Counted from the stretch's first letter, positions 25,548 through 36,655 are shown. The stretch is DNA of 64,000 nucleotides from an uncultured delta proteobacterium (GCA_963761335.1 CAVXGR010000004.1:1-64000), one strand, 5' to 3'. Notes: generated from the sequence alone by a model not told the origin. Program-made: numbers and translations.

Positions 25548-27125
25548 ATGGCAAACGATCGCTGGCGGCTTTTTCGGCCGCGTCTCGACTATCCGCTGAT
25601 TCCCTATCACGAGCTGCTGCGCCGCACGGTGGAGAGGGTCCCCGACAAGTGGGCGACGGTATTCGACGACCGCATGCTCACCTTCCGCGAGCTCGATGGG
25701 CTGAGCAACTCGCTGGCGCACGTGCTGCGCGACCTGCGCGTCGAAAAGGGCGATCGCGTCGCCCTGTTCATGACCAACCGCCCCGAGTACATCGTCAGCT
25801 TGCAGGCGATCTCCAAAGCCGGCGGGGTGATGACGCCGCTGAACCCGGCTTACCGGGAGGCGGAAGCGGAGTATCAGCTGGGCAACTCGGAGGCGCGCGT
25901 GGTCATCGTCCACCGCGACAACTATGAGGTGATCGCCGCCGTTCGGGGCCGGCTGAGCAGCATCAAGCAGGTGATCGTGGTCGGTGGCTCTCCGGGCGCC
26001 GATGTCCTCGACTTCGAGGAGCTGGTGGGCACGGCGCCGGGGCGGCGGCCGCCGGCGCCGGAGCTCGACCCAATGGAGGACCTGATCGCGCTGCCGTACT
26101 CGAGCGGCACGACGGGGCTTCCCAAGGGCGTGATGCTGGCGCACCACAACCTGGTCAGCAATCACCTGCAGGCGGCCTCGGCCGGACGCATCACCGACCG
26201 CGACACCTTGCTCATCTTCCTGCCCTTCTACCACATCTACGGCACCATGCTCATGGGATCGGCGGTGGCCGCGGGGGCCACGCAGGTGATCATGGAGCGC
26301 TTCGACATGGTCCAGGCACTGTCGCTGGCGGAGCGTTACCGGGTGACGCTCTTCTACGCGGTGCCGCCGGTGCTGCTGGCGATCTCCCACTACCCCGACC
26401 TCAAGAAGTACGATCTCTCCAGCGTGCGCTACATCATGAGCGGCGCGGCGCCGCTGCCGCCCGAGGTCGGGCGTCGGGTGCAGCAGCTCACCGACATCCC
26501 GGTGCTCCAGGGCTACGGGCTCACGGAGGCCTCTCCGATCACCCATCTGAACCCGGTCGACCGGGTCGAGGATGTCCGCATGGACTCGGTGGGCATTCAC
26601 GTCTCCGATCAGGACGAGAAGATCGTCGATCTGGAGAGCGGCGAGGAGGTCGGCGCCGACGAGACCGGTGAGCTGCTGCTGCGCGGCCCGCACATCATGC
26701 GCGGCTACTGGCGCGCCCCGCAGGAGACCGAGGCGGCGCTACGCGACGGCTGGCTGCACACCGGCGACATTGCCCGCCGCGATGGAGACGGCTTCGTCTA
26801 CATCGTCGATCGCAAGAAGGAGATGATCAAGTACAAGGGGTTCGGCGTGGCGCCGGCGGAGCTGGAGGCGTTGTTGCACGAGCACCCCGCGGTCGCCGAC
26901 TGTGCCGTCATCCCCAAGTCCGACCCCGAGGCCGGCGAGATCCCCAAGGCCTTCGTCGTGCTCAAGCCCGGCAAGCAGGCCGAGGCCCAGGACCTCATCC
27001 GCTTCGTCGAGGACAAGGTCGCCGGCTACAAGAAGATCCGCGCCGTCGAGTTCATCGACGCCATTCCGAAGAACCCCTCCGGGAAGATCCTGCGCCGCCT
27101 GCTGAAGGAGCGGGACAGGGGATAG
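25548..27125 (+). CDS. AMP-dependent acyl-CoA synthetase (4-coumarate/long-chain fatty acid CoA ligase-like)
   Basis: YSSGTTGLPKG, QGYGLTE, LHTGD, DRKKEMIK, PKNPSGKILRR. Confidence 0.93.
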   Translation: MANDRWRLFRPRLDYPLIPYHELLRRTVERVPDKWATVFDDRMLTFRELDGLSNSLAHVLRDLRVEKGDRVALFMTNRPEYIVSLQAISKAGGVMTPLNPAYREAEAEYQLGNSEARVVIVHRDNYEVIAAVRGRLSSIKQVIVVGGSPGADVLDFEELVGTAPGRRPPAPELDPMEDLIALPYSSGTTGLPKGVMLAHHNLVSNHLQAASAGRITDRDTLLIFLPFYHIYGTMLMGSAVAAGATQVIMERFDMVQALSLAERYRVTLFYAVPPVLLAISHYPDLKKYDLSSVRYIMSGAAPLPPEVGRRVQQLTDIPVLQGYGLTEASPITHLNPVDRVEDVRMDSVGIHVSDQDEKIVDLESGEEVGADETGELLLRGPHIMRGYWRAPQETEAALRDGWLHTGDIARRDGDGFVYIVDRKKEMIKYKGFGVAPAELEALLHEHPAVADCAVIPKSDPEAGEIPKAFVVLKPGKQAEAQDLIRFVEDKVAGYKKIRAVEFIDAIPKNPSGKILRRLLKERDRG

Positions 27126-27230
27126 GTTGTTGGTTGTTAAGTTGTTGGTTGTTAAGTTGTTGGTTGTTAAGTTGTTAGGACCCCAAGCACCTAACAACCT
27201 AACAACTCAACAGCCTAACAACTTAGCAAC
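27124..27230. repeat. inverted heptamer tracts (GTTGTT(A/G)(A/G) / AACAAC) between convergent genes
   Basis: GTTGTTG/GTTGTTA run followed by the complementary AACAAC run; same family at 36656-36856, 43246-43350 and 59861-59950. Confidence 0.85.
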
Positions 27231-29309
27231 TCAGCAGCTGCGGTCCACGTGCGTCCACTCGCCCTTGTGGCCGTAGGTGACGCCGTAGCGCCCGTGCATG
27301 AGGTCCTTGAACTGCTCGGTGCTCATCTGCTCGCCTTCGGCCAGGAACTCCGGGTACTCGGAGAGATACCAGTTGATGTCCTGAGTGATCTCCAGGCCGG
27401 GGGCGCCGTTGACGATGAACACCGGGACGTCCTGGCAGTGCTTGGTCCACAGCTCCACCTGCAGGTGGAGCTTGTCGTAGAGAGCGCGTCCGATCTCGTT
27501 GTTGCCCTGGGCCAGGGCCGCCGGATGTCCCTGCCGCGCTTCCTGGTAGGCCGTGATCAGACGGTCGCCGACGATGCCGTACTGCATGAGCAGCCCGGAG
27601 AAGTCGGGGTAGGCGTTGTAGAGCGGCTCGTACTTGCCCGCCGGGGTGCGGCCCTTGAGCAGCCAGTCGACGGCCTCGTGTACGGCGACGCGCTTCACGC
27701 AGAAGTCGAGCGAGCGGTCGCGCTCGAGGAAGACGTTGGCGCTGATCGCCCGTGGCGTGCGGTCGTAGAGCATGTGACCCCAGGCGGGATCGTAGAAGAG
27801 GCGCTCCGGAAAGTAGTCGTGGGTGACGCGACCGAGCTTCTCCCAGGTGCCGGCGGCGCCGAGGTCGGCGCAGGCGTTCTCCAGCAGGGGCTCGTTCTCG
27901 GCAAGCACGAAGCGCAGTCCGGGGAAGCCGCCGGTGCGCGCGTAGCAGGCGCGCTCCGTCGGCCAGAAGACCCATTTGCCCTCGCGCAGCGGCACGATCT
28001 CCACCCAGTCCTCCTGGCAGAGGATGCCGACGGTGCGCATGACCTTGTCGACGTCGCGCTGCACCGCCTTCGGATTGCCACCGTTCTGCTTCTCGATGTC
28101 GATCTCGTAGCGGCGGCGCAGCTCGCGGCGCCGGTACTTCTCGTTCTGCTCGGCCCAGAAGGTGGTGGCCGTCGTCTTGCCGGTTCCGGTGGGGCCGGTG
28201 AAGGTGGTGACGGTGCCGCGGCTGTTCTCCACGGCGCAGCCGGCGTGCGCGGAGATGATGCCGACCAGCGACATGATGGCCATCAGCGGCGAGAGCACGC
28301 CGCGGCTCTTCACCTCTCCGTGGTAGTCGGTGTTCACGGTCATCACCGTGACCAGGTCGCCGAGCTCGGAGAGCGGACAGAAGAAGACGAAGTTCGACGA
28401 CACCACCGCCTTGCTCTCCGGATCCCAGAAGCGCGACTGGCGCAGCGTCGGCGGCAGTCCGAGCTTCTCGGGGTTGCCTTTCTTGCGCTTCAGCTTCTTG
28501 ACGAAGTCGCGGTAGGCAGCCTCGCTGTCGGGAACATTCAGCAGTGAGACGATCTCGACCCGCGGCGCCGGGCGGCGGAGGCGCTTGAAGCGCGCCGTGA
28601 CGTCGGCGGAGATCTTCGCCATGTCGGGATCTTTGGGGTCGAAGAAGTTGAGCTGCGTGGTGCGGTTCAGGTACGGCACGTTGCCGCGGTGCTCGTACTG
28701 GATGCCGGCGCAGGAGTAGCGGCTGCGCAAGGTGCGCTTGCCGTCGACCAGATCGAAGGCCTTGAGCCAGGCCAGCGCCTCCTTGCGGTCCGCCTCGTGC
28801 TCGGGGCGATGCACGCGGGTGACCAGGCGCTTGGCGCGGCCGGCGATCACGGTGTTGGCCGAGTTGATCACCGGGCCCACCGTCGGGTCGCTGCCGTTGC
28901 CGGTATCCAGGAGAACGATGTCCTGGCGGTCGTTGACGCCCACCTCGCAGAGACCCGGGCGCAGCTTCATGTAGAGGCCGTGGTCGTAGACCGTGTTGCC
29001 GAGCGGCGTCTTGCAGCCGTCGGCGGCCTGCGGGTTGTCGCTGCCGTAACGGATGAGCTCGCTGGGGATGATGTAGGAGGCGAGCTCATGGCTCATGTCG
29101 TCCGCGAAGACGCGCACGCGCTTGCCGAGCTCGACCAGGGTGACGCCGCTCTTCGCCATGGACGCGGTGTCGAGCGCCGACTCTTCCACCAGCAGCGGCC
29201 GACCGTTCTTGTCGCGGCTCACCTTGCGCGAGCCGGCGCGGTGCTTGGGGGCGAGGAACGCTTCGATCTTCGACGACTCGGTAGAGACTCGTTTGCGCGG
29301 TGCTTCCAT
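27231..29309 (-). CDS. divergent PEP carboxykinase (ATP)-like P-loop protein
   Basis: Ordered motifs YHGEVKS, SAHAGC, FTGPTGTGKTT, LCQEDW, ERACYAR and LLEN parallel PckA YAGEMKK, MHCSA, GLSGTGKTT, IGDDEH, EGGCYAK and LLEN. Confidence 0.6.
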   Translation of the reverse strand: MEAPRKRVSTESSKIEAFLAPKHRAGSRKVSRDKNGRPLLVEESALDTASMAKSGVTLVELGKRVRVFADDMSHELASYIIPSELIRYGSDNPQAADGCKTPLGNTVYDHGLYMKLRPGLCEVGVNDRQDIVLLDTGNGSDPTVGPVINSANTVIAGRAKRLVTRVHRPEHEADRKEALAWLKAFDLVDGKRTLRSRYSCAGIQYEHRGNVPYLNRTTQLNFFDPKDPDMAKISADVTARFKRLRRPAPRVEIVSLLNVPDSEAAYRDFVKKLKRKKGNPEKLGLPPTLRQSRFWDPESKAVVSSNFVFFCPLSELGDLVTVMTVNTDYHGEVKSRGVLSPLMAIMSLVGIISAHAGCAVENSRGTVTTFTGPTGTGKTTATTFWAEQNEKYRRRELRRRYEIDIEKQNGGNPKAVQRDVDKVMRTVGILCQEDWVEIVPLREGKWVFWPTERACYARTGGFPGLRFVLAENEPLLENACADLGAAGTWEKLGRVTHDYFPERLFYDPAWGHMLYDRTPRAISANVFLERDRSLDFCVKRVAVHEAVDWLLKGRTPAGKYEPLYNAYPDFSGLLMQYGIVGDRLITAYQEARQGHPAALAQGNNEIGRALYDKLHLQVELWTKHCQDVPVFIVNGAPGLEITQDINWYLSEYPEFLAEGEQMSTEQFKDLMHGRYGVTYGHKGEWTHVDRSC

Positions 29310-29499
29310 CTCGATGTCGCTGCGCCCGAGACATGTCGAAGGCGCAGCCCCTCCTCCTTTTCGTTGGCTGGTGAGCGGCTTCGCGTTATCTTGCTTCGCC
29401 GAGCGGAGATTTGCAGAACTGGCGAATGGCCATCTATATGTCAGTTGCCAAATGGGGTCAAATCGTTCAGCGTTTTCAATGTATTAGAAGCCGAAGCGA

Positions 29500-30450
29500 A
29501 TGTTGACACGCATTCTAATCGCGGGCGCCGGGGCTCTCGGATCGGTGTTCGCCGGCCTGCTGCGCGAGGCCGGCCACGAGGTCAGCCTGCTCGGCCGGCA
29601 CGCCCACCTGGGGGCGGTGGCGCGGGACGGCCTGACCGTCGAGGGGATCTGGGGCACGCACCGCGCCGCCGGCCTGCACTGCGCCACCGCCGCGGCGCAG
29701 CTCGACGGTCCGTTCGACGTGGTGCTGGTAGCGGTGAAGTCGTTCGACACCGCCGCAGTTGCGGCACAGGTGAGACCTCTGCTCGGCGCCGGCGGCTTCG
29801 CCATCTCCCTGCAGAACGGGCTCGACAACATCGAGACTCTGGAGGAGGCGCTGGGCGCCGAGCGCGTGCTTGGCGCCCGCGTCATCTTCGGTGCGGCGCT
29901 GGCGGCGCCCGGACGGGTGCGGGTGACGGTTTACGCCGAGCCGGTGCTGGTGGGTGCCTGGGATCCGGGGCGCTACCCGCGCCGGGACGGCGCCGCGCGG
30001 CAATGGGCCGAGGCTTTCGCCGGCTGTGGCATTCCCAGCGAGTACACCGAGTCGCTGCCGGCGGCACTGTGGGCCAAGGCGTTCTACAATGCCGCCCTGA
30101 ATCCCCTGGGAGCGCTGCTCGGGGTGCACTACGGGGCGCTCGGCGAGAACGCCGAGACGCGCGCCATCATGGATGCGGTGATCGAGGAGGCCTTCGCGGT
30201 GGCGCGCGCCGAAGGGGTGCCCCTGCCGTGGGGGGATGCCGGCGCCTATCGCCGCGTTTTCTACGAACGCCTGCTGCCCAGCACCTTCGACCATCGCTCA
30301 TCGATGTTGCAGGACCTCGAGCGCGGCCGCTGCACGGAGATCGAGGCGATCAACGGCGCCATATGGCGCCGCGGCGTCGGGCACCGTATGGTGACACCGT
30401 TCAACGAGATGCTGACGCGTCTGCTGCGCTATCGGGAGCGAGAGAGGTGA
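29500..30450 (+). CDS. panE: 2-dehydropantoate 2-reductase
   Basis: GAGALG, VAVKS, SLQNGL, LWAK…N…N, SSMLQD…TEIEAING. Confidence 0.92.
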   Translation: MLTRILIAGAGALGSVFAGLLREAGHEVSLLGRHAHLGAVARDGLTVEGIWGTHRAAGLHCATAAAQLDGPFDVVLVAVKSFDTAAVAAQVRPLLGAGGFAISLQNGLDNIETLEEALGAERVLGARVIFGAALAAPGRVRVTVYAEPVLVGAWDPGRYPRRDGAARQWAEAFAGCGIPSEYTESLPAALWAKAFYNAALNPLGALLGVHYGALGENAETRAIMDAVIEEAFAVARAEGVPLPWGDAGAYRRVFYERLLPSTFDHRSSMLQDLERGRCTEIEAINGAIWRRGVGHRMVTPFNEMLTRLLRYRERER

Positions 30451-30908
30451 AGCCACTGCACATCGACGAGGCGATCCGCATCGAGATCAGCGATCATGCC
30501 GCCGCCTGCTATCCCGAGGAGTGCTGTGGCATGATCGTCGAAGAAGGCGGCCGCATGCGGGTCGTGCGCGTGACCAACGTGCAGAACGAGCGCCACGCCC
30601 AGGATCCCGAGACCTACCCGCGCACGGCGCGGACGGCGTACAGCATGGGAGCCGAAGCGGTGCCGGTGCTGATGGACGCCGAGCGCGGGGTGCTGCGTTT
30701 GCATGCCTTCTACCACTCGCATCCCGAGCACGAGGCCTACTTCTCCGCCGAGGACAAGCTCGCGGCGTTGGGGGGATGGGACGAGCCGAGCTATCCCCAG
30801 GCGGGGCAGATCGTCATCTCCGTCCGCGCCGGCCAGGCGCGTTACATGAAAGCGTTTGCCTGGGACGAAGAGGCGCGCGAGTTTCTCGAAACGGAAATCG
30901 GAAGATAG
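30447..30908 (+). CDS. JAB/MPN (M67) metallopeptidase, Mec-like
   Basis: YPEECCG and YHSHP…FSAED JAMM motif; GTG overlaps the panE stop. Confidence 0.88.
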   Translation: MKPLHIDEAIRIEISDHAAACYPEECCGMIVEEGGRMRVVRVTNVQNERHAQDPETYPRTARTAYSMGAEAVPVLMDAERGVLRLHAFYHSHPEHEAYFSAEDKLAALGGWDEPSYPQAGQIVISVRAGQARYMKAFAWDEEAREFLETEIGR

Positions 30909-30951
30909 TGGCTCGAGCCACCGCCGGCGTGAGCCGGCGGGCGGCGCCGGC

Positions 30952-32082
30952 TCACGCCGGCAGTGGCTGCACTGCCAGCTGCGCCAGGGCCTCGCGCCAG
31001 CGGCCGTGGGCGTCGCGGAACTCGCGGCGGGCGGCGCGAAGCTCGGTGCGCAGGCGCTCGAGGCGCCGGCGCTTGTCGTCGCTCCAGCTCTGGCGCGCCT
31101 GCGCCATCTCGCGCTCCAGGGTGCCGAGGCGGGTGGCGGAGCGCTCGACCATGCGCGACATCTCGGCGACGCGTTCGCGCACGTAGGCGACGGCGTCCTC
31201 GGAACGCCCCTTGAGCCTCTCGAGAAGACGCTGTGTATCCGTCTGCAGCTTGGCGGCGATGATGCGCTCGCGCGGCGCCCGGCGCAGGTCCCACGCCCAG
31301 CCGAGGCTCGCCAGGCCGCGGATCAGCCACTTGGTCGGATCCCACTGGTAGCGCCGCACGCCGTTGCGATAGTCGGCGGCGAAGCGATGGTGGAAGTTGT
31401 GATAGCCTTCGCCGAAGGTCAGCACCGCCGTGATGACGCTGTCGCGCGCCGAGACCTGGCGCGAGTAGGGCCGCTTCCCCAGGGTGTGCGCCAGTGAGTT
31501 CACCAGGAAGGTGCAGTGGTGTCCGACGACGGCGCGGATGACGCCGGCCCAGAGGAGGAATCCCCACGGGTTGCCGACCGCGAAGCCGACAGCGAAGGGA
31601 ACCCCGAAGCCGACGCCGACGGCGAGCGGCATGTAGTAGCGGTGCTGGAAGCGGATCAGCGGGTCCGCCTGCAGATCGGCGACGTTGCCGAAACGCTCCG
31701 GCTTGTGATCGTTGACCAGCAGCCAGCCGATGTGGGCCCAGAAAAAGCCGCGGCGGATGTTGTACGGGTCGCCGTCGTCGTCGAGGTTCTTGTGATGCCG
31801 CCGGTGGTCCGAGGCCCAGGAAAGCACCGAGTGCTGGAAGGAAGCGGCGCCGAAGAGGAGATAGAATGCCTTCACCCCGCGCCGGCACTCGTAGGCGCGG
31901 TGCGCGAAGAGGCGGTGATAGCCGCCGGTGATGCTCATCGCCGTGGCGGCGAGAAAGAAGAAGAAGACGCCGATCTCGAGGCCGCTCACGCCTACGAGGG
32001 CGACGCGCGCGCCGCCCCAGACGGCGGCGATCAAGGGCGTGGCGACGAGAAAGATGGCGGTGACCCAGTTGATTCTACGCAT
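30952..32082 (-). CDS. acyl-CoA (delta-9) fatty acid desaturase
   Basis: His boxes YHRLFAH, DHRRHH, YHNFHH; WDPTKW. Confidence 0.93.
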   Translation of the reverse strand: MRRINWVTAIFLVATPLIAAVWGGARVALVGVSGLEIGVFFFFLAATAMSITGGYHRLFAHRAYECRRGVKAFYLLFGAASFQHSVLSWASDHRRHHKNLDDDGDPYNIRRGFFWAHIGWLLVNDHKPERFGNVADLQADPLIRFQHRYYMPLAVGVGFGVPFAVGFAVGNPWGFLLWAGVIRAVVGHHCTFLVNSLAHTLGKRPYSRQVSARDSVITAVLTFGEGYHNFHHRFAADYRNGVRRYQWDPTKWLIRGLASLGWAWDLRRAPRERIIAAKLQTDTQRLLERLKGRSEDAVAYVRERVAEMSRMVERSATRLGTLEREMAQARQSWSDDKRRRLERLRTELRAARREFRDAHGRWREALAQLAVQPLPA

Positions 32083-32144
32083 CGGATGTCTGACCTCGGG
32101 AAGGAAGTCCTCCAGAGGTAGCACATCCGCGCGGCCACCGCACC

Positions 32145-32205
32145 CCTGGGAGCGCGGCCATCCTGGCCGCATCCCCAGAGCGGCCAGGATGGCCGCGCTC
32201 CCAGG
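32145..32205. repeat. GGGAGCGCGGCC REP-like palindrome
   Basis: CCTGGGAGCGCGGCCATCCTGGCCGC…GCGGCCAGGATGGCCGCGCTCCCAGG inverted arms. Confidence 0.8.
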
Positions 32206-34056
32206 TTACTTCTCGACCTGCGATACGTCGCGCACGGCGCCGCGGGCGGCGCTGGTGGTCATCGCGGCGTAGGCGCGCAGGGCCGGCGAGACCTGGCGGT
32301 CGCGACCGGCGGGCTTCCAGGCGCCGCCGCCGCGCGCCTGCATGGTGGCGCGGCGCCGCTGCAGCTCCTCGTCGGAGATGCCGACGCGGATCGAGCGGTT
32401 GGGAATGTCGATGTGGATCATGTCGCCTTCTTCCACCAGGCCGATGGCGCCGCCTTCGGCGGCTTCGGGCGAGACGTGGCCGATGGAGAGGCCGGAGGTC
32501 CCACCGGAGAAGCGGCCGTCGGTGATCAGGGCGCAGTGCTTGCCGAGGCCTTTCGACTTCAGATAGCTCGTCGGATAGAGCATCTCCTGCATTCCGGGGC
32601 CGCCCTTCGGGCCCTCGTAGCGGATGATGACGATGTCGCCGGTCTTGATCTGATCGAGCAGGATCGCTTGAACCGCCGCCTCCTGGCTCTCCAGCACCCG
32701 TGCCGGACCCGAGAAGACGAGGATGCTGTCGTCGACTCCCGCCGTCTTCACGATGCAGCCGTCGGGCGCGATGTTGCCGTAGAGGATCGCCAGGCCACCG
32801 TCCCTGCTGTAGGCGTGCTCGAGGTCGCGGATGCAGCCGCCGGCGCGATCGAGGTCGAGCTCGCTGTAGCGGCGCGACTGGCTGAAGGCGACGGTCGTGG
32901 GCACGCCGCCGGGGGCGGCGGAGTAGAACACCGCGACCTCGGGATCCTGGCTGCGGCGAACATCCCAGCGCTCGAGCGCTTCGCCCATCGTCGTGCTGTG
33001 CACGGTCGGCACGTCGCGGTGCAGCAGACCGGCGCGCTCGAGCTCGCCGAGAATGGCGATCACGCCGCCGGCGCGGTGCACGTCCTCGAGGTGGTACAGC
33101 GGCGAGCTCGGCGCCACCTTGCAGAGGTTCGGCACGCGACGCGACAGGCGATCGATGTCCGCCATGGAGAACGGCACCTGCGCTTCCTGGGCGGCGGCGA
33201 GGAGGTGCAGGACGGTGTTGGTGGAGCCGCCCATGGCGATGTCGAGGCTCATGGCGTTCTCGAAGGAGGCAAAGCCGGCCACCGAGCGCGGCAGCACGGT
33301 CGCGTCCTCCTGCTCGTAGTAGCGGCGCGCCAGATCGACGATGCGGCGACCGGCCTCGAGAAACAGCTTCTCGCGGCCGGCGTGGGTGGCCAGCAGCGTG
33401 CCGTTGCCCGGCAGCGACAGGCCGAGCGCCTCGGTGAGGCAGTTCATCGAGTTCGCCGTGAACATGCCCGAGCAGGAGCCGCAGGTGGGGCACGCGGAGC
33501 GCTCCATGGCGGCCGAATCCTCGTCACTGATCTTCGGATTGGCGGCGGCGACCATGGCATCGATGAGGTCGAGATGCAGCTCCTGATCCTTGAGAACGAT
33601 CTTTCCCGCCTCCATCGGCCCGCCGGAGACGAATACCGCCGGAACGTTGAGCCGCAGTGCCGCCATCAGCATTCCGGGAGTGATCTTGTCGCAGTTGGAG
33701 ATGCACACCAGGGCATCGGCGCAGTGGGCGTTCACCATGTACTCGACGGCGTCGGCGATGAGCTCGCGCGAGGGCAGGCTGTAGAGCATGCCGCCGTGGC
33801 CCATGGCGATGCCGTCGTCGACGGCGATGGTGTTGAACTCCTTGGCCACGCCGCCGGCCCTTTCGATCTCCCGCGCCACCAGCTGTCCCAGATCCTTGAG
33901 GTGCACGTGGCCGGGGACGAACTGGGTGAAGGAATTGGCCACGGCGATGATCGGTTTGTCGAAGTCGCCGTCCTTCATTCCGGTGGCGCGCCAGAGGGCG
34001 CGCGCCCCCGCCATGTTGCGGCCATGGGTGGTGGTTCGCGATCGATACTCAGGCAT
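32206..34056 (-). CDS. ilvD: dihydroxy-acid dehydratase
   Basis: [57 protein letters not shown]. Confidence 0.97.
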   Translation of the reverse strand: MPEYRSRTTTHGRNMAGARALWRATGMKDGDFDKPIIAVANSFTQFVPGHVHLKDLGQLVAREIERAGGVAKEFNTIAVDDGIAMGHGGMLYSLPSRELIADAVEYMVNAHCADALVCISNCDKITPGMLMAALRLNVPAVFVSGGPMEAGKIVLKDQELHLDLIDAMVAAANPKISDEDSAAMERSACPTCGSCSGMFTANSMNCLTEALGLSLPGNGTLLATHAGREKLFLEAGRRIVDLARRYYEQEDATVLPRSVAGFASFENAMSLDIAMGGSTNTVLHLLAAAQEAQVPFSMADIDRLSRRVPNLCKVAPSSPLYHLEDVHRAGGVIAILGELERAGLLHRDVPTVHSTTMGEALERWDVRRSQDPEVAVFYSAAPGGVPTTVAFSQSRRYSELDLDRAGGCIRDLEHAYSRDGGLAILYGNIAPDGCIVKTAGVDDSILVFSGPARVLESQEAAVQAILLDQIKTGDIVIIRYEGPKGGPGMQEMLYPTSYLKSKGLGKHCALITDGRFSGGTSGLSIGHVSPEAAEGGAIGLVEEGDMIHIDIPNRSIRVGISDEELQRRRATMQARGGGAWKPAGRDRQVSPALRAYAAMTTSAARGAVRDVSQVEK

Positions 34057-34174
34057 GGGCCGAATCCTCCCGCATGTGGATTTGTAGAAGTCTACCGCGC
34101 CCGGCCGCCCAGCGCGAGCCTGAGCCACTGAGTTGCGCCGGGAGGCGTCGCAGTGTACGCAACCGAGTTGCCGC

Positions 34175-35365
34175 ATGACTCGCGCGTGGCTGCTCATCTG
34201 CGTGGCGTTCGCCGTGACCCTTCCGGCTCTTGCCATTCGCCTCGGCGGTGCGCACCCGGCGCCGATTCCGGGAGCCGTGGTCTTCGGCATTGCCATCCTC
34301 GGCGGCGCTTTCCTGCTCACCTGGGCGGCCGAGGTGGCAGAGATGGATGTGGCCCAGGGTCTGGCGATCGCCTTCCTTGCCCTGGTGGCGGTGCTGCCCG
34401 AGTACGCCGTCGACTTGTACTTCGCCTGGGCGGCGGCCCGGGAACCGGCCTACACCGCCTACGCCACGGCCAACATGACCGGTGCCAACCGGCTGCTGAT
34501 CGGTATCGCCTGGCCGCTGATCGTGGTCCTCCATTGGTTTCGCAGCCGGCGTACCGAGCTGGTGCTCCCGGAGAGCCGCTCGGTCGAGCTCGTCTTTCTC
34601 AGCCTGGCCACCGTCTACTCGTTCGTGATCCCGCTCAAGGGCACGATCTCGCCGATCGACCTGGCGGTCCTGGTAGGGCTGTTCGTCGCCTACATGTGGC
34701 GTATCTCCGGCGCCGAGGCGGGTGAGCCCGAGCTGGTCGGTCCGGCACTGGCGCTCGCGGCGCTGCGGCCGCCGGCGCGCCGCGGCTTCGTGATCGGCTT
34801 CTTCCTCTTTGCCGCCGGTGTGATCCTGGCGTCGGCGGAGCCCTTTGCCGAGGCCCTGATCGCCACCGGCAAGGCCGCCGGCATCGACGAGTTCCTGCTG
34901 GTGCAATGGCTGGCGCCGGTGGCCTCGGAAGCCCCTGAGATCGTCATCGCCTGTATTCTGACCTTCCGCGGCGATGCCCAGGCCGGCATGGGTGCGATGG
35001 TGTCGTCGAAGGTGAACCAGTGGACGCTGCTGGTCGGGACCCTGCCCCTGGTCTACAGCGTCTCCCTCGGGCATCCCGGCGCGCTGCATCTCGACGCCCG
35101 CCAGGTCGAGGAGATTCTGCTCACCTCGTCGCAGTCGCTGTTCGCCGTCGCCGTGCTCGCCAACTTGCGCCTCTCGCTCGCCGAGGCGGCGGCTCTCTTC
35201 GGGTTGTTCACGGTCCAGCTGTGCTTTCCCGACCCCACCGTGCGCTACGCGTTCTGCGGCCTCTATCTCGCTCTGGCCGCGATCGTCCTCTGGCGGCGCC
35301 GCTCGGTGCTCGGTGCCTTCCTGCGCTCGGGATTGCGCCGCCCGCTGGCACGCGAGCGGTCGTGA
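34175..35365 (+). CDS. sodium/calcium (CaCA family) antiporter
   Basis: Many TM helices; alpha repeats AVLPEYAV…ANMTGAN and APVASEAPE…SSKVNQ. Confidence 0.87.
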   Translation: MTRAWLLICVAFAVTLPALAIRLGGAHPAPIPGAVVFGIAILGGAFLLTWAAEVAEMDVAQGLAIAFLALVAVLPEYAVDLYFAWAAAREPAYTAYATANMTGANRLLIGIAWPLIVVLHWFRSRRTELVLPESRSVELVFLSLATVYSFVIPLKGTISPIDLAVLVGLFVAYMWRISGAEAGEPELVGPALALAALRPPARRGFVIGFFLFAAGVILASAEPFAEALIATGKAAGIDEFLLVQWLAPVASEAPEIVIACILTFRGDAQAGMGAMVSSKVNQWTLLVGTLPLVYSVSLGHPGALHLDARQVEEILLTSSQSLFAVAVLANLRLSLAEAAALFGLFTVQLCFPDPTVRYAFCGLYLALAAIVLWRRRSVLGAFLRSGLRRPLARERS

Positions 35366-35434
35366 GACACCGGAGTGCGGGGACGTTTGCGTCGACGAAC
35401 ATCGCCCGGCCAGCGGCGCCGGCACGCGGGCAGA

Positions 35435-35483
35435 GTAGAAGCGGCGTCTCGCCGCTTCGGAAGCGCCGGGACGGCGCTTCTAC
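35435..35483. repeat. GTAG-type REP doublet
   Basis: GTAGAAGCGGCGTCTCGCCGCTTC…AAGCGCCGGGACGGCGCTTCTAC. Confidence 0.8.
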
Positions 35484-35590
35484 TTTGGTCTCGGGAGAGC
35501 CTCGCCAATCCCGGGAATCACGCGGTCTCTCATGGCGCGCCCCGATAGGGGCGCGGGCATCTGGCGCGCGGCTGGCGCGGCGATGACGAT

Positions 35591-36652
35591 ATGACCCACG
35601 CCGTTCACGATCGCGTCCTCGATTTCATCGCCGCCCCGGTCGAGGAGAAGTTCGATGCCTTGGCGCTGGAGGTGTTCCGGCACCAGCTCGAATACGTCGA
35701 GCCATACCGCCGCTACTGTGGGCGCCGCGGCGCCGGGGCCGAGACGGTCGGCAGCTGGAGCCAGGTTCCTCCGGTGCCGGTATTGGCGTTCAAGGAGGTG
35801 GAGCTCGCCTGCGCCTCACCCGAGCGCCTCTTCCGCTCCACCGGGACGACGCGCGGAGACCAGCGCCGCAGCGTCCACGCCATGCCCGACCTGCGCCTGT
35901 ACCGCGCCAGCGCCGTCGCCGGCATGAAGCGCTTTCTCTTCCCCGACGGTGGCGCCATGCGCCTCCTCTCGCTGATTCACTCGGCCGCGGAGCGGCCCGA
36001 GTCGTCGCTGGCGCAGATGGCGGATTGGGCAATGGAGGAGCTCGCCGCGGGGGGCGAAAGCCTCTGCGCCGCCACCGGCGCCGCCATCGACGTCGAGGCA
36101 GCCGCCGCGACGGTGCGCGCCAGCGAGCGCGACGGCAGGCCCCTGTGCGTCATGGCGACCACTGCGGCCCTGGTGCGCTTCCTCGACGCCTTGCGCGAGC
36201 GATGCTGGACCTTTCGACTGCCGCACGGAAGTCGGGTGATGGACACCGGGGGCACCAAGGGATCGCCGCGACCGGTGTCGCGCCGAGGTCTGCTGCACGC
36301 GGTATGGGGGGCTCTGGCGGTGCCCGGCTATCTCTGCGTCAACGAGTACGGCATGAGCGAGCTCTCCTCACAGGCGTACGAGAATGTCATCGCCGACCGC
36401 ATCGCCGGGCGCTTCCGCCATCGCGCCCTGGTGACGCCGCCGTGGATGCGCACCCGGGTGCTGGACCCGCTCACCCTGCAAGAGGTGCCCGCCGGCGAGC
36501 GCGGTCTCCTCTGCCACTGCGACCTCGCCAACGCCGGCACCGCGATGGCGGTGCTCACCGAAGACATGGGCCGCCTGACGAACGACGGCTTCGAGCTCCT
36601 CGGCCGCGCCACTGGAGCGGAAATGCGCGGCTGCTCGTTGATCTGGGGGTGA
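35591..36652 (+). CDS. LuxE-like acyl-protein synthetase
   Basis: PVPVLAFK, FRSTGTT, MDTGGTKG, EYGMSELSSQAY, DLAN…TEDMG, LGRA…RGCS. Confidence 0.87.
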   Translation: MTHAVHDRVLDFIAAPVEEKFDALALEVFRHQLEYVEPYRRYCGRRGAGAETVGSWSQVPPVPVLAFKEVELACASPERLFRSTGTTRGDQRRSVHAMPDLRLYRASAVAGMKRFLFPDGGAMRLLSLIHSAAERPESSLAQMADWAMEELAAGGESLCAATGAAIDVEAAAATVRASERDGRPLCVMATTAALVRFLDALRERCWTFRLPHGSRVMDTGGTKGSPRPVSRRGLLHAVWGALAVPGYLCVNEYGMSELSSQAYENVIADRIAGRFRHRALVTPPWMRTRVLDPLTLQEVPAGERGLLCHCDLANAGTAMAVLTEDMGRLTNDGFELLGRATGAEMRGCSLIWG

Positions 36653-36655
36653 GGC

